This document shows, in pieces, positions 12,531 to 24,700 of a stretch of DNA of 64,000 nucleotides. How positions within the stretch are numbered: the first letter of the stretch is position 1; the number at the start of each line of letters is the position of its first letter. Position numbers and translations under genes: made by a program. Source of the DNA: Mytilus trossulus (taxonomy: Eukaryota); assembly GCF_036588685.1 (NCBI RefSeq), contig NC_086380.1, positions 70,618,001 through 70,682,000 of the forward strand, written 5' to 3'. Below the pieces are notes generated by a model. The model did not search any database and had not been told where the DNA came from. It saw only the letters and a program-made list of their open reading frames with translations.

Positions 12531-14939
12531 TGATACCTTCTTGACTTTCTAATGTTAAGCTTTGCGCACGCACACAATAAATGAGTGGGTTTTTTCTTCT
12601 TTTAAGTGAGGAAGATCTTCAAAAATGTACAAATTTTGGTAACATGGAAACATAAAGTGTGCCTCTTCGAAATTTAATTTTGGGAAATGTTAAATATGTG
12701 AGAACTCCACAAACTTCTCATATGTAAGAATCTATCTAAAATTTTCTCCAAATGTTTTACTTACTAATTGTGGATGCAGTCGCCTTATTGGGTGTATTTT
12801 TTTTAGTTGAATTAACATCATTATATCGCATGATATAAAACTCAAAAATGACAGATTAATGCACTGTTATTTAATTGAATTTATTTCAGTATGCAATATT
12901 TTTTTAATATTTTGTTTATATCACATGTTTTGCTTTTGGCATATATATATAAACTATTTTGTGCCTCACAAAAAAAGTGTACAAATTGCTGAAAAGTTTT
13001 ACATACTATACCGGTATATAACTTATCTATTATATGTAATTTTACAATTCTTTTAAAAATAAAATGAATATATTGATTGCTGTTACTTATTTTAGAACAG
13101 TTTACTCCATTTAAAAGAAGTTATCATAGGTATCGTCGGGACTTTTAAGTCAATTTCGGAGGACCTGTAGAAAACGTCCATTGTCCAAACATAAAATAGA
13201 GTTTTATATACTTATAGCCTACCTCCAATAGTTTTATTATTATTGCCAATATGCCAGAAGTAAACAACGAGTTTATGTGATTGGTTGTCTCGATTGTGTA
13301 ATATATTGTTACAATAACCGTGCAGTTTCACTTTTCGATCCACTGTTCTGTTCAGCTACGCCTCGGGCTTTAAATATTCATGAAACGTAACCAAGTATTA
13401 TCTAACCTATTAAAAGGCCTCACAGCCTTGACTTATTCGAAAACAAGTACTGTATTTACATTTTCTTTGTCACTTTTTTTGGCAAGAATTTTGGACTATA
13501 ATGTTCCCGTAGGCATTGTTAAACACATCTAAGTTTTTTTTAATTGTTAATTGGACGATTGAATCACAGCCGACGGGAGATGCTAACTTTAATTTTATCA
13601 AAGGATCGTCTTAGATCTCCTCACGTCACTTTGAAAACTTCGAAATTAGCGGGAAATGTATTTTCCGTTCCAGTCAAGCCGACATGCACATAACCCAGCA
13701 AACTGTTCATTGTCTAAGCATCTTAGTTGTCGTTTGAATTAAAAAAAAAAAGTGTATTGTCCAATTTTCTTGTGTACCGTCGTCCTTCTTCTTTTCTAGC
13801 CAAGGGTTACGATCCATTCCAGAGGAGGAGACTGTATCGAAAACTTTGGCTACCAAAGAAGTCTATCAAGCCCACTGTCAAATTTAAGGAGGGCGTCTTT
13901 GTGTATTGGACCGCAGTGGCGTAGCTTTACCTCTGTTATTACTGAGGCAAGTGGGTGTAGGATGAAGGTTCTATTAAAAATAATAGCAGCCATTTTATTT
14001 TATATTACCATAGTTATGTTATTTTTAATACTCCCGAGTACCCATATCATAAAGTAAATGCCATAGCTCTTTTATTGGTTGTTCTTCGCCTTGATTTTTG
14101 TTTGAAGGTCTTCAGATTTGACTGAAAAGCTGACAAATTTACATTTTCAACAAAGTTTTGAAACGGTTCCTACTTTGAAAGGGACAATAGAAGTAATGAC
14201 GGACGCATTAACCTAACAGATGTATGTTTAATTCTTAATTCTTCATACTAAATGACCACAGTGTTTGGTTGAAACAGTTAATGTATAAATTATATTCCCG
14301 CCCCCCAAAAAATGCCTTTCACGCTATGACGTCGTAGAAAGCCATTGCAGCAACAATAAAAATACTTAGTATCCTTTCAAGATATCATTATTATATGAAA
14401 TAATCGTGCTATGATATATGTACCGCATAAAACGTGTCATGAATGTTTTAAAATCGTTCATTTAATACCTCCATATGATATGATGCAAAACAAATTCAAA
14501 TAGAAAAATATCTTAAATATCACAAAGCCTAAAGAAATGGAGACACATCTCTCCTGCAGTTCCCATAACACCTGTCTTTTTTTATGTTTGACATGTCTGT
14601 AAGTTTTCCATACTACATTTTCTTACATTTTCATATATAAATTCACATAAAAAAACTTTTATTTCAATAAAACAAATCATAAAATACAACGTCATAATTA
14701 TTCTGCCCTGACTGGTGTTCAATGTATTTTTCTCGGCTTGATTCTTCAAATGAAATGTTTTCGTCTTCAAATGAGTCTCGTTTATAACTTGGTAAAGGTG
14801 GGAGTAGCGAATACCCCGATAATGGTGACGTACTACGTCACAATTTTAATAGATTTCTATCTATAATTGGTCGAAGTTTTTGTTATCTAGAGGCAGAGAC
14901 TGGTTGGTTTGTTGTATTCTACTTTGCAATAAATAAGGA

Positions 14940-15458
14940 ATTCATTAGCACAAGTTGTAAACACACAAACTCGAAATGATAACATTTTAGATCTTGTGTT
15001 AACAAATTATCCAGCCATCATTGAAAAAACTGAAACCTTGCCCCATTAGGGGAGACAAACCATGATATTGTATTTATAGTGTGTTTACTATCATTAAAAG
15101 ATGCCAATCCAAGGCACGTAAAGTATATCAATATAAAAATGCAAACTGGCAAAAAATAAAAGAGGATATAGATTTAATCTATCAAAAGATCATACATGAA
15201 AAAGATAGTGAAGATACAAACACTCTTTGGTTGATATTTAAAAACTCATTACAAAACACTATCACTGAGAACATGCCACAGAAAATGATGTGAAATATTA
15301 AAATTTTCTTTGGATAACAGACAGTATAAGCCGGCAAATGAAATAGTACAAGAAAAATTATCAAAAGTATAAATTGAAAGGTAAAAGGGAAACTAGACCA
15401 ACTCAAAAAATTAAAACATAATATTCAAAAACAACACAGAACATCTTATTGGAATTAT
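14940..15458 (+). pseudogene. 5' part of a decayed LINE ORF2 (end of APE endonuclease and linker), interrupted by the Polinton
   Basis: Translates QVVNTQTRNDNILDLVLTNYP and VYQYKNANW; frame continues across the Polinton as QHRTSYWNY|IENMI. Confidence 0.8.
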
Positions 15459-15939
15459 AGTAGTATATATTGTGTGGCAGCAGCAAATATTTTTGCCACG
15501 TTGACAAAAATTTTGCCCCCGTCAGCAAAAATTGCATAATATATTTGTTGGATAATATCAAAATATTGATTTTTAATTTGTAAAATATAAAAGAATGTTT
15601 TTATTTTTTTTTTCACTGCATTAAACAATTTTAATGCATTACCAATCAATTTAACATTGTTGATATGCTGGATATGGAAGTAGTAAAAGTAAATTGAACA
15701 TTTAAAAAAAAATTTCATTTCATTAAACAATTTAACGCATTACCAATCATTTAAATTGTTGATATGCTGGATATGGAAGTAGTAAAAGGAACATTTAAAA
15801 CAATTTGAGAGCTTTAATTTGATAAAAGTTTAATTGGTAAATATAATAATTAACCCTAACCCTAACCCTAACCCTAACCCTAACCCTAACCCAAACAAAA
15901 ATATCATACATTATAAATTATTATTATTATTAATAAAAC
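15459..15939 (+). repeat. Left TIR of the Polinton, including (TAACCC)7 at 15851-15892
   Basis: Reverse complement of about 32925-33411; outer ~150 bp clearly alignable, inner part patchy. Confidence 0.8.
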
Positions 15940-16296
15940 ATGGATGAGATAGAATCATGTGAAAATATAGCCAGACTTGATAACATATTCGATATAATAT
16001 ATGCAAAGTCAGTTTTTGACATTCTGAAGAAGGAAAATCAAGTGGAACACATAAGTGGAGGAAATGCATGGGATTTTTTTTATCAAGTAGAAACAGATAA
16101 AGTGTACACCGATTTTGTTAATTTAGTCAGACAATCAAATATTCCAGATAATGTGAGAGTCTACTATCAACTTACATTTTTACAATCAACAGATTGGAAA
16201 AATACTATATTGAAAACACCGCACAGAGCATCTCGCATAATAGATAAAGTTGAAAAAATGATAGATTTGGAACCTATTTTTAACAATGGAAAATGA
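15940..16296 (+). CDS. Polinton hypothetical protein (118 aa)
   Basis: ATG in AAAACATGG context directly after the TIR; overlaps the integrase start. Confidence 0.65.
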   Translation: MDEIESCENIARLDNIFDIIYAKSVFDILKKENQVEHISGGNAWDFFYQVETDKVYTDFVNLVRQSNIPDNVRVYYQLTFLQSTDWKNTILKTPHRASRIIDKVEKMIDLEPIFNNGK

Positions 16297-17440
16297 TGAT
16301 TTAGATGAAAAACTTAGGAATGTATATTACAATACAGCAAATGGGGGAGCATACCTAAGTGCTGAAAAAATTTATCAAACGTTGAAGACATCAAGAGATG
16401 GAAATGTACCAAGCGTATACAAGATCAGGAAATGGATGGAAAAAATAGACGACTACAATTTACAAAAACCTGTAAAACGTAGAATTAAAAGAGTGAAAAT
16501 AATTGTATCGGAACCGTATGAGCAATACGATGCTGACCTTATGGATGTATCCAACATACAGAAATATAACAATAAGACACGTTTCCTGTTGGTTGTTATC
16601 GATATTTTCACACGGTTTTTATGGATTTATCCATTAAAAAACAAGTTTGGGAAGACAGTAGCTGATGCATTTGAAAAAATCTTCAAACATGGTAAAATCC
16701 CTTTGAAGGTTTCCACAGATGCGGGAACTGAATTCAAAAACAAAGATTTGAAACGTGTGTTTAAAAAATATGACATTTACCATCATGTCTATTTAAATTC
16801 CGACAGTAGTAAAGCGTCAATAGCAGAGAGGGTCAATTTGACATTTCGGAGGATGATGTTCCGATATTTTACAAAGCATAGAACTTATAGCTATCTCAAT
16901 GTTCTACAAAATTTGGTAGCAAGTTATAATGCAACGCCACATAGAAGTTTAAATAATACAGCTCCAAAAGATGTGAATGAGAAAAACAAATATGATTTGT
17001 GGGCATATATGTATATTAAAACTCCACCCAAAGAAAAACGAATCAGAGAAAAGAAAGAAACATTAAAAGTACAACGTAAAAGAGGGAAACAGTTTCATTT
17101 TAAAATCAATGACATGGTAAGACTGAGCCATTTGAAGAAACCGTTTCAAAGAGCTTATCAGCAACAGTGGACCTCCGAAATATTTAAAATATATAGACGA
17201 TTTCTAATACATGGGAAAATCTTTTATAAAGTACAAGATTTTTTGGACAAGGAAGTTGTAGGCAATTTCAATTATACAGAGTTGCAGCGTGTGAAAAAGG
17301 AGGCTGACGCATTGTGGTTTGTTGAGAAAGTGCTTAAATGGCGAAGGCGGAATGGTCAACGTGAGGGTTATGTAAAATTCCAGGATTCGGATAAACGTTT
17401 TTGTCAGTGGATTCCTGAGAGAGATATTGTTGACTTATAA
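16286..17440 (+). CDS. Retroviral-like (rve) DDE integrase with C-terminal chromodomain-like region
   Basis: YDADLMD, STDAGTEF, SIAERVN triad; YNATPHRSL; C-terminal VEKVLKWRRRNGQREGYVKF...QWIP. Confidence 0.95.
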   Translation: MENDDLDEKLRNVYYNTANGGAYLSAEKIYQTLKTSRDGNVPSVYKIRKWMEKIDDYNLQKPVKRRIKRVKIIVSEPYEQYDADLMDVSNIQKYNNKTRFLLVVIDIFTRFLWIYPLKNKFGKTVADAFEKIFKHGKIPLKVSTDAGTEFKNKDLKRVFKKYDIYHHVYLNSDSSKASIAERVNLTFRRMMFRYFTKHRTYSYLNVLQNLVASYNATPHRSLNNTAPKDVNEKNKYDLWAYMYIKTPPKEKRIREKKETLKVQRKRGKQFHFKINDMVRLSHLKKPFQRAYQQQWTSEIFKIYRRFLIHGKIFYKVQDFLDKEVVGNFNYTELQRVKKEADALWFVEKVLKWRRRNGQREGYVKFQDSDKRFCQWIPERDIVDL

Positions 17441-17441
17441 A

Positions 17442-17849
17442 ATGAGCTTTTACATGGTCATTAACAGTAACAAAAATTTAGACATTTACCCACATAACAG
17501 ACCACACAAATTCCGTACATATCTTCAGACGCCAATAGTGATGAAATCAAAATGGAAAGTCGCATTAGTTGATATTAAATTATCATCAAATAATGATCTA
17601 TATATATATGCAAACATATGCGGTGATGTAATAGTCGATGGTAACAAACAACCCTTATTGAAGCGAATATGTTGCTGCTCTCAAACTGAATACTACCACT
17701 TTGATCAACTTGCATACATTCCAGTGGTGAAAAGTGAAATAAGAGACATTGAATTCTTTATTACTGACATGCAAGGGAGTCATGCATCATTTTTTAAAAA
17801 TCCAGTGTCGATTACACTGCACTTCAGGTCGTATCCATACTTTGCATGA
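17442..17849 (+). CDS. Polinton minor capsid protein (penton-like), compact 135 aa
   Basis: N-terminal MSFYMVINSN...YPHN...F...L...WKVALVDI and C-terminal YIPV...IEFFITD...ITLHFR pattern typical of Polinton minor capsid proteins. Confidence 0.75.
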   Translation: MSFYMVINSNKNLDIYPHNRPHKFRTYLQTPIVMKSKWKVALVDIKLSSNNDLYIYANICGDVIVDGNKQPLLKRICCCSQTEYYHFDQLAYIPVVKSEIRDIEFFITDMQGSHASFFKNPVSITLHFRSYPYFA

Positions 17850-18316
17850 TAATCATGGAATTGAACAATTCTCAATATGTGCTAGACCCTAGGACATGGA
17901 TAATGTACTATGAAAATCTAGCGAATGACAAACATCACAATTCATATCTTAATAATTCATACAGAAGAACTATCCAGAGTGGTGGTTCCCTCACTAATTC
18001 AGCAGCTAGCTTCATGGAACCAATCACATTACCACAAAGTAAACCACATGCGCAATCACCCATTAAACTTGTAACACATGCACAGCAGCAGGTGGAAAAT
18101 GCTAAGTCGGAAATTAGTCGAGCTGTGAAAAAGATAAAACGCAAACGTGGGAAGTTACAAAACAGTAATAGAAAAAGCCATAGAGGGGAGCAGAAGAAAA
18201 CGAAAAAGACAAAGAAAGGAGGAAGGAAAAATAAAACAAACAGTAAGAAAGGAAGTGTACAGAGTGTGAAAAAAAGATTAAAGAATCAGCTAATTGAAAA
18301 GGATATTTTCCAGTAA
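17846..18316 (+). CDS. Lys/Arg-rich putative virion core/DNA-condensing protein
   Basis: Strongly basic C-terminal half ending DIFQ; lies between penton and MCP; ATGA overlap. Confidence 0.6.
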   Translation: MIIMELNNSQYVLDPRTWIMYYENLANDKHHNSYLNNSYRRTIQSGGSLTNSAASFMEPITLPQSKPHAQSPIKLVTHAQQQVENAKSEISRAVKKIKRKRGKLQNSNRKSHRGEQKKTKKTKKGGRKNKTNSKKGSVQSVKKRLKNQLIEKDIFQ

Positions 18317-18324
18317 AATTCAAA

Positions 18325-19647
18325 ATGGCTAAAATAAATCCTGAAACATTTCATGAGCTGCAACCAAGTCAGTTGTCTTTATTCAATCTACCAGGTCATC
18401 AAACTGCAGTCACAAGAATCACATATGAACATATTCGACCAGCTGCAACTTTTACAAAGACATCGCCAATAGAGTTTCACATATCTGGTGGAACAGAGTA
18501 TCTAGACTTAAGTAAATCAACAATGCATGTACGTCTAAGACTTAAAAGAGGAGATGGAACCATAGCAGATAGCAGTGACGTTAATTGCGGGCCTGTGAAC
18601 TATGTTTTGCATGCATTATTTAATCAAATAGATGTTTTAATTCAAAATAAAATTGTCACATCTTCAACAGGATTTTACCCTTACAAAGCTTATATGCAAA
18701 CTTTATTGAAATATGGGAAAGAAGCTAAAGAATCGCAGCTCTCAAGTCAATTATGGATAGACGATCATCAAGGAACATTGGATGATGCAGATTGTAACAC
18801 AGGATCAAATCTTGGGCTCTACAGAAGAACAGCATACATAAAAAATGGTAAAACTGTTGATCTTGAAGGAAACATTTTCCATCCCCTGTTTTCAATGAAT
18901 CGTTACATATTAAATCAAGTAGGAGTTACTGTGAAATTCTACAGATCGAGACCAGAATTTTATCTAATGTCGGTTGATGAAGATGCTGATTATTACCTTG
19001 AGATTGAAGATATGTATCTATCAATAGCAAAGATCCACGTTCACCCCGGCATTGTATATGGCCACGATTCTATACTCAGGACAGTAAACGCTAAATATCC
19101 CATTGTGCAAAATGATGTTCGCACAATTTCACTTCCAGCTGGTCAAATAAGTTTTAACTTCAACAACATATTCCAGAATAATAGACCCAATAAGGTATTG
19201 ATAGCCTTTACGGGGAGTCAAAACATAGCAGGTGACTACTCACTATGTCCGTGGACATTCAAACATTGCCACCTAAGTGAAATAAATCTTAAAGTTGAGG
19301 GAGTGCCAGTTTCCGGGAATCCTGTCAGAGTAAAATTTGACTCGTCAAGTGGAGAATCATCCATTGTTGCATTTCGCAATCTATTTGAGGTTGCTGGGAA
19401 AACTCTGCAAGACTGTGGTAATGGATTAAACAGAGACAGTTTTTCTGAAGGATATGCCTTGTATGCCTTTCAACTGGAACCAATTTTTGAAGGTTTAGAT
19501 TATTTAACATTGAAAAGGAATGAACGTGTCAATTTGGAATGCACATTTGATTCTCCCCTCACTGAACCAACAACTATAATCATTTATAGTGAATTTAGTG
19601 GATATTTTGAAATAACTCAAACTCGAGACATCATAATTCAAGAATGA
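18325..19647 (+). CDS. Double jelly-roll major capsid protein (Polinton PY/hexon-like)
   Basis: 440 aa; PIEFHISG..YLDL, PVNYVLHALFNQID, YPYKAY, GYALYAFQL motifs typical of Polinton MCPs. Confidence 0.9.
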   Translation: MAKINPETFHELQPSQLSLFNLPGHQTAVTRITYEHIRPAATFTKTSPIEFHISGGTEYLDLSKSTMHVRLRLKRGDGTIADSSDVNCGPVNYVLHALFNQIDVLIQNKIVTSSTGFYPYKAYMQTLLKYGKEAKESQLSSQLWIDDHQGTLDDADCNTGSNLGLYRRTAYIKNGKTVDLEGNIFHPLFSMNRYILNQVGVTVKFYRSRPEFYLMSVDEDADYYLEIEDMYLSIAKIHVHPGIVYGHDSILRTVNAKYPIVQNDVRTISLPAGQISFNFNNIFQNNRPNKVLIAFTGSQNIAGDYSLCPWTFKHCHLSEINLKVEGVPVSGNPVRVKFDSSSGESSIVAFRNLFEVAGKTLQDCGNGLNRDSFSEGYALYAFQLEPIFEGLDYLTLKRNERVNLECTFDSPLTEPTTIIIYSEFSGYFEITQTRDIIIQE

Positions 19648-20111
19648 ACACTATGCAATTGGAGTGTATGATTAATTGTGATGAACTAATGAAGGATAAA
19701 ATTGTTGGTATATTTGCAGCAGATCAGATACCTAAGATAGTGAGAAATCGACCCATGGGATTTATTTGTAACACTGAAAATCATTTTGAGAATGGTGCAC
19801 ACTGGATCGCCTTTTTCATAAATGAGGAACGAAGAGGGATATTTTTCGACAGCTTCGCACACTCTCCCGATTATTATTCACGTCACTTCTTAAAATTCTT
19901 TGAACACAATGCGATATCTCTGGAAATAAATCAAAAACGATTACAGAGTGAGAATTCATCAGTATGCGGTCAATATTGCATTTTCATCTTATCACTCTTA
20001 TGTAGAGAGTATGATCTAACTAACATTCACGATTTTTTCAGTGATAATCATCAAGCAAACGACATCTTTGTTTTCAATGTGATTGGTAAAACCTATTCAC
20101 ACTGCATATGA
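19644..20111 (+). CDS. Adenain-like cysteine maturation protease
   Basis: GAHW (His), FFDSF (Asp), LQ...VCGQYC (Gln, Cys). Confidence 0.92.
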   Translation: MNTMQLECMINCDELMKDKIVGIFAADQIPKIVRNRPMGFICNTENHFENGAHWIAFFINEERRGIFFDSFAHSPDYYSRHFLKFFEHNAISLEINQKRLQSENSSVCGQYCIFILSLLCREYDLTNIHDFFSDNHQANDIFVFNVIGKTYSHCI

Positions 20112-20173
20112 AAAAGTGTTTAAAATGATGAGACACATGGTAACAATCATCATTCGAGCAAGAGGTGATCATC

Positions 20174-20815
20174 ATGAGTTTGGTGAAATTTCAAACACCC
20201 ATGACTTCAATATGTGTCGGTCCAACGGGTTCAGGAAAAACTACATACATTAAAAGATTATTAGAGAACGCTCAGGAAATGTTTACAATACCACCTCAGA
20301 AGATATACTACTGTTACAGCATATGGCAAGATGTCTTCGATGAATTGAAAAAAACTGTCTCCAACATTTCATTTCAACTGGAACTGCCTGATGAAAGTGA
20401 TTTTCTTGTTGATAAGGATATACACACATTATGGATCATTGATGATAAAATGGATGAAGTAGTGGACTGTAAACTGATGCAGAAGATTTATTGCGTTTTA
20501 AGTCATCACACCTTAACATCAATTATTTTTATACTACAAAATTTATATCAGAAGGGGAAGGTTATGCGATCAATCAGTTTGAATTCTCACGTCTTTTTTC
20601 TTTTCAAAAATGGTAGAGATTCACTGCAAATACAATCTTTAGCTCGACAAATGTTTCCAGGTCAAGTTCGCTTTTTCATGGACGTTTACCAACGTGCAAT
20701 TAGCAGACCATACAATTGATTGATAGTGGATATAGCACCAGGTTCAAACCCTGAATATCAGTTGCGCGCAAATCCTTTTCCGGGGGAGGACACGATTGTT
20801 TATCAACCAAAATGA
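20174..20815 (+). pseudogene. A32/FtsK-like packaging ATPase with an in-frame TGA at 20717-20719
   Basis: Walker A GPTGSGKT, Walker B WIIDD, SHH, ILQN; conserved-looking tail LIVD...LRANPFPGE continues 31 codons past the stop to an ATGA overlap at 20812-20815. Confidence 0.85.
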
Positions 20816-21153
20816 TTTTAAAAGAATCAAGTAGAAGCTTCCTTAAATTATTGGCGAACACTACACCTGAACAATCTGCTCAAATCATAAAAAGCACGGA
20901 CCACAGACAATTACAACTATTAGTAGAAATAGTATTCAACTGTCTAAAAAGCGTCATACCATTGTCTGAGAGGGTTAAAAGGAATCTTTCAACTTTTGCA
21001 AAGTTCATTCGTGCTGTGGTAGTTAATAATATAACACCTCAGTTGAGGAGAAAACGTTTACTGAAGATAATTGTTATTATTCCAACATTGATATCATCTT
21101 TTTTCAAATACTATGACTCGGGAGTTAATACTATTACCCAAGGAGAAATATGA
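20812..21153 (+). CDS. Small helical basic Polinton protein (113 aa)
   Basis: EIVFNCLKSVIPLS pattern resembles a recurrent Polinton small ORF; overlaps both neighbours. Confidence 0.6.
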   Translation: MILKESSRSFLKLLANTTPEQSAQIIKSTDHRQLQLLVEIVFNCLKSVIPLSERVKRNLSTFAKFIRAVVVNNITPQLRRKRLLKIIVIIPTLISSFFKYYDSGVNTITQGEI

Positions 21154-21507
21154 AAGATTGATGAATATGTCCAACCAATGTGAAATTGTTAATGTGAAAG
21201 AAAAAGAAAAGGAATATGATGGTAAAGATAGTGACAGTATAAAAACAGAAATAAACCTAGAAGAAGATGTAACCAAACAACATGGTAGTGGTCAGGTTTT
21301 GCAAAAACAGAATTGAAAAATTTAAAAGAAACTGTAGATCGATCAAAATCAGACAATCAAGAGGAAAATAGGATGGATGTTGATGAATATGATGGTGCAG
21401 CAGAGGGTTAAGCTATCAAGATGTCTCCTGAAAAATTCTTAAGAAATGTGGAAAAATCGCAAAATCGCAAAAGATTAAAGAGTAAATGGTTATCATTTCA
21501 TTTGTAA
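21113..21507 (+). pseudogene. Disrupted small Polinton ORF (frameshift near 21305 plus an internal stop)
   Basis: Starts MTRELILLPKEKYERL; another frame continues with similar composition through one TAA to ...KSKWLSFHL* at 21507. Confidence 0.5.
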
Positions 21508-21644
21508 TGAAGAAGTGGATTATTTAAAACTATTGGAGACTTCAATCAATCACTTGTATTTTTCTTTAAATTTGTCTATATTTATATATGTATATAATAT
21601 ATTGTCTATTTGTATATTTACACTGTGTACCTTTAAATTTAATT

Positions 21645-21716
21645 AATAAAATAAATATTTAGATAACATATGTTCGCCTATTAGTTCTAGTCCACGATCG
21701 CGTAGTATATATAAAA
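21645..21716 (+). promoter_or_regulatory. AATAAA polyA signal for the structural cluster (21645-21650) and TATA box for PolB (21708-21716)
   Basis: TATATAAAA about 35 bp upstream of the PolB ATG; motif-only evidence in AT-rich DNA. Confidence 0.45.
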
Positions 21717-21747
21717 CGTTGAAAGTGCTATTGATATCACAATTGTC

Positions 21748-24700
21748 ATGGCTGATGATCATTTCTGCGAGGATTTATTGCGTCTTTATCCTGACAGTAA
21801 CCCTCAATATCAACAGCAGTTGCGAGAGTTAAATGATCGATTGAGTGTTGATAATGACAACAGATCAAATCTTACGGTTAAGGTCTATTCATGTTATTAT
21901 TGTAAACTTCTGTTTGATCACCCTTCCAAACTGAAGAGACACCAGAGAAACAGTTGTACATTTCCATGTCGACAATGTGATAGACATTTTGATTCAGCGG
22001 AAAATTTGTTTAAACATAGCAACATCGATCATACAACTTATCAGACTGGTTCAGGAAACACTGATTCAAATTCACATACTACAATCAAACATAAAAGTGT
22101 GGATAAGTCTGCTCTCTTGGGAATAGCACGAGCTCGTTTCATTTATCCGAATGAGGATAATGGGGAAAAGTATGATCTTCTAGCATTTTTATCTGGAATT
22201 AAGCATGAGGTAAAAACTCATTTACAAGAGATGTGTGTTGAACTCGGTCATATTAAGTGGTATATGAATTGTCTTGTGCAAATGATCAAGCCGAATGGAG
22301 GTGAAGGTGGTAATGATTTAAAGAATAATGCACATTTTATCTCGAAGACATCGAATCTAGTTGATAGAGCAAATATAGATGATGAACATGATATTAATGT
22401 GACATATCAAAAAATATTCAAAAGTTTTGATGAGTATATACGAAATGGGAGCGGTTGGTCATTAGATCATATTAAACACATTGAGATTAATACAGCTAAA
22501 TATAAACCTTTAGGCGGTGGATCGTATATACCCCTACCAAGAACTCTTGCTGCAACCAGAGCGTTACTCAACATAAGAAACTTAGATGAAAAATGTTTTG
22601 TATATGCTATTATAGCATCCATACATCCTACGTGTTCAGGTGACCCTTCTAAAGTGCATCACTACATCCCATATGAACATGAATTGAACATGGAAGGTAT
22701 ACAATTGCCCGTTGCACCATCATTTGTGAGTAAATTTGAAAGGCAGAATAACATTTCAGTAATGGTGTTAGGATTTGAAGAGGGTGAATTTTTCCCCCTC
22801 CATGTAACAGGTCTAAGAGAAGCTCATCATGAAGTTGACTTATTGTATTTGAAAAGTGGGAATAAAAGTCACTGGTGTTTGATTACAGATCTCAATAGAC
22901 TTTTATATCGAACAAAATGCTTGGGACGCAGTCATAAGTATTGCAGATTCTGTTTATCAGGTTTCACCAGTGAACATACTTTAGAGAAACATATAAAATA
23001 CTGCTCAAAATTTGAAGCTCAACATGTGACATATCCCACCAAGGGGGTAGACGATATACTAACATTTCAAGATCACGCCAAACAGTTACAAACATCATTT
23101 GTTATTTATGCTGACATGGAAACATTTTGCGAACCTATGGTTACTGAAGAGCCAGAAGATAATCGAACCAGCACAACGAAATTAACAAAGTTGATACCAT
23201 GCGGGTACGGTTATCAAGTTGTTTGCATCGATGACAGATACACTCAACCACCTAAAATATATAGAGGTGAAAATGTTAGTGAACACTTCCTTCATAGTCT
23301 TCTTGACGAAAATAAACGTATAAAGGCTATTTTGAACAATCCTGAACCCTTGTGCATGACTGTTGAAGATGAGGAAGATTTTCAATCAAGTACACATTGC
23401 CACATTTGCATGGAAGAATTTACAGATTCCACTATCCGCGTTCGAGACCATGCACATGTTTCAGGTAAATTTCGTGGCGCTTCATGCAGAGATTGCAATC
23501 TTAATTTTAAAGAACACACATTCGTGCCAGTTATATTTCATAACCTGAAACAGTTTGATGCACATTTAATCTGTTCCTCGATAGGTATTTTCAAGAGTGA
23601 AGAAATTGGCTGCATAGCCACGAATGCAGAAAAGTACATCAGTTTCAACCTATCCAATCTGCGCTTTATCGATTCATACCAGTTTTTGAATTGTTCACTA
23701 GAGGAATTGGTATCGTCAATGTCTAAGGAGAATCCGAAAGAAACATTTAAACATTTTACAAAAGAATTTGATGATGATAAGCGGATTGCTCTTTTGTTGA
23801 AAAAAGGAACATATCCTTACGAATACATTGACAATGCAGCAAGGTTCAATGAAACTGAATTACCCTCTATAGACAAATTCTACAGCAATTTATCAGAGAA
23901 AACAATTAGTCAAACCGAGTATGAACATGCGCAACGGGTATGGAATCAAATGAATATTAAGAATATAGGCGAATATCACGATCTTTATCTAAAAACTGAC
24001 GTTCTATTATTAGCTGATGTATTTGAAACTTTCAGGAAGAAGTGGATAACGAACTATTCCCTCGACCCTGCAAATTATTACACTCTTCCAGGGCTTTCCT
24101 GGCAATCTGCATTGAAAATGACTGGTGTGAGACTTGAGCTATTGACAGATCCTACAATGTGGCTCTTCTTTGAGCAGAGTATACGAGGAGGTTTAACAAT
24201 GGTGAGCTGCAGACATGCAAAAGCAAACAATCCCTACTTGAGCAATTATGATCCAGCTTTACCAACTTCATACTTGATGTATGTAGATGCGAACAATTTA
24301 TACGGTTTAAGCATGAGCATGCCATTAGCTGTGGGGAAATTCCAGTGGTTGTCAGAAGAGGAAATAAACGATTTCAATGTCTTAAATGTATCCAATAACG
24401 CTGACATCGGATATGTCATTGAATGCGATTTGGATTACCCAGATAACTTACACGATCTTCACAATGATTTTCCTCTTGCAGTTGAAAAAGGAGTGATAAC
24501 AAATGAAATGCTTTCACCTCATTCACGTCATCTGTATGAGCAAGCAAATGATGATGGGAAAGAATACCAACCGAGCACCAAATTGCTAGCTACTTTGAAA
24601 GATAAAAAGCATTACATCTTGCACTATGTGAATCTAAAGTTATACCTCAAACTAGGTTTGGTTTTGAAGAAGATTCACAATATAGTTTCATTTGAACAGC

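Noticed and set aside
12178-12552. Three overlapping repetitive ORFs
   Set aside because: 25-bp minisatellite artefact
15851-15892. Telomere or chromosome-fusion scar
   Set aside because: Only 7 units, located inside a TSD-flanked element and mirrored at its other end
20717-20719. Selenocysteine recoding of the ATPase TGA
   Set aside because: No SECIS identified, and the position is not a catalytic Cys site; nonsense mutation or error is simpler
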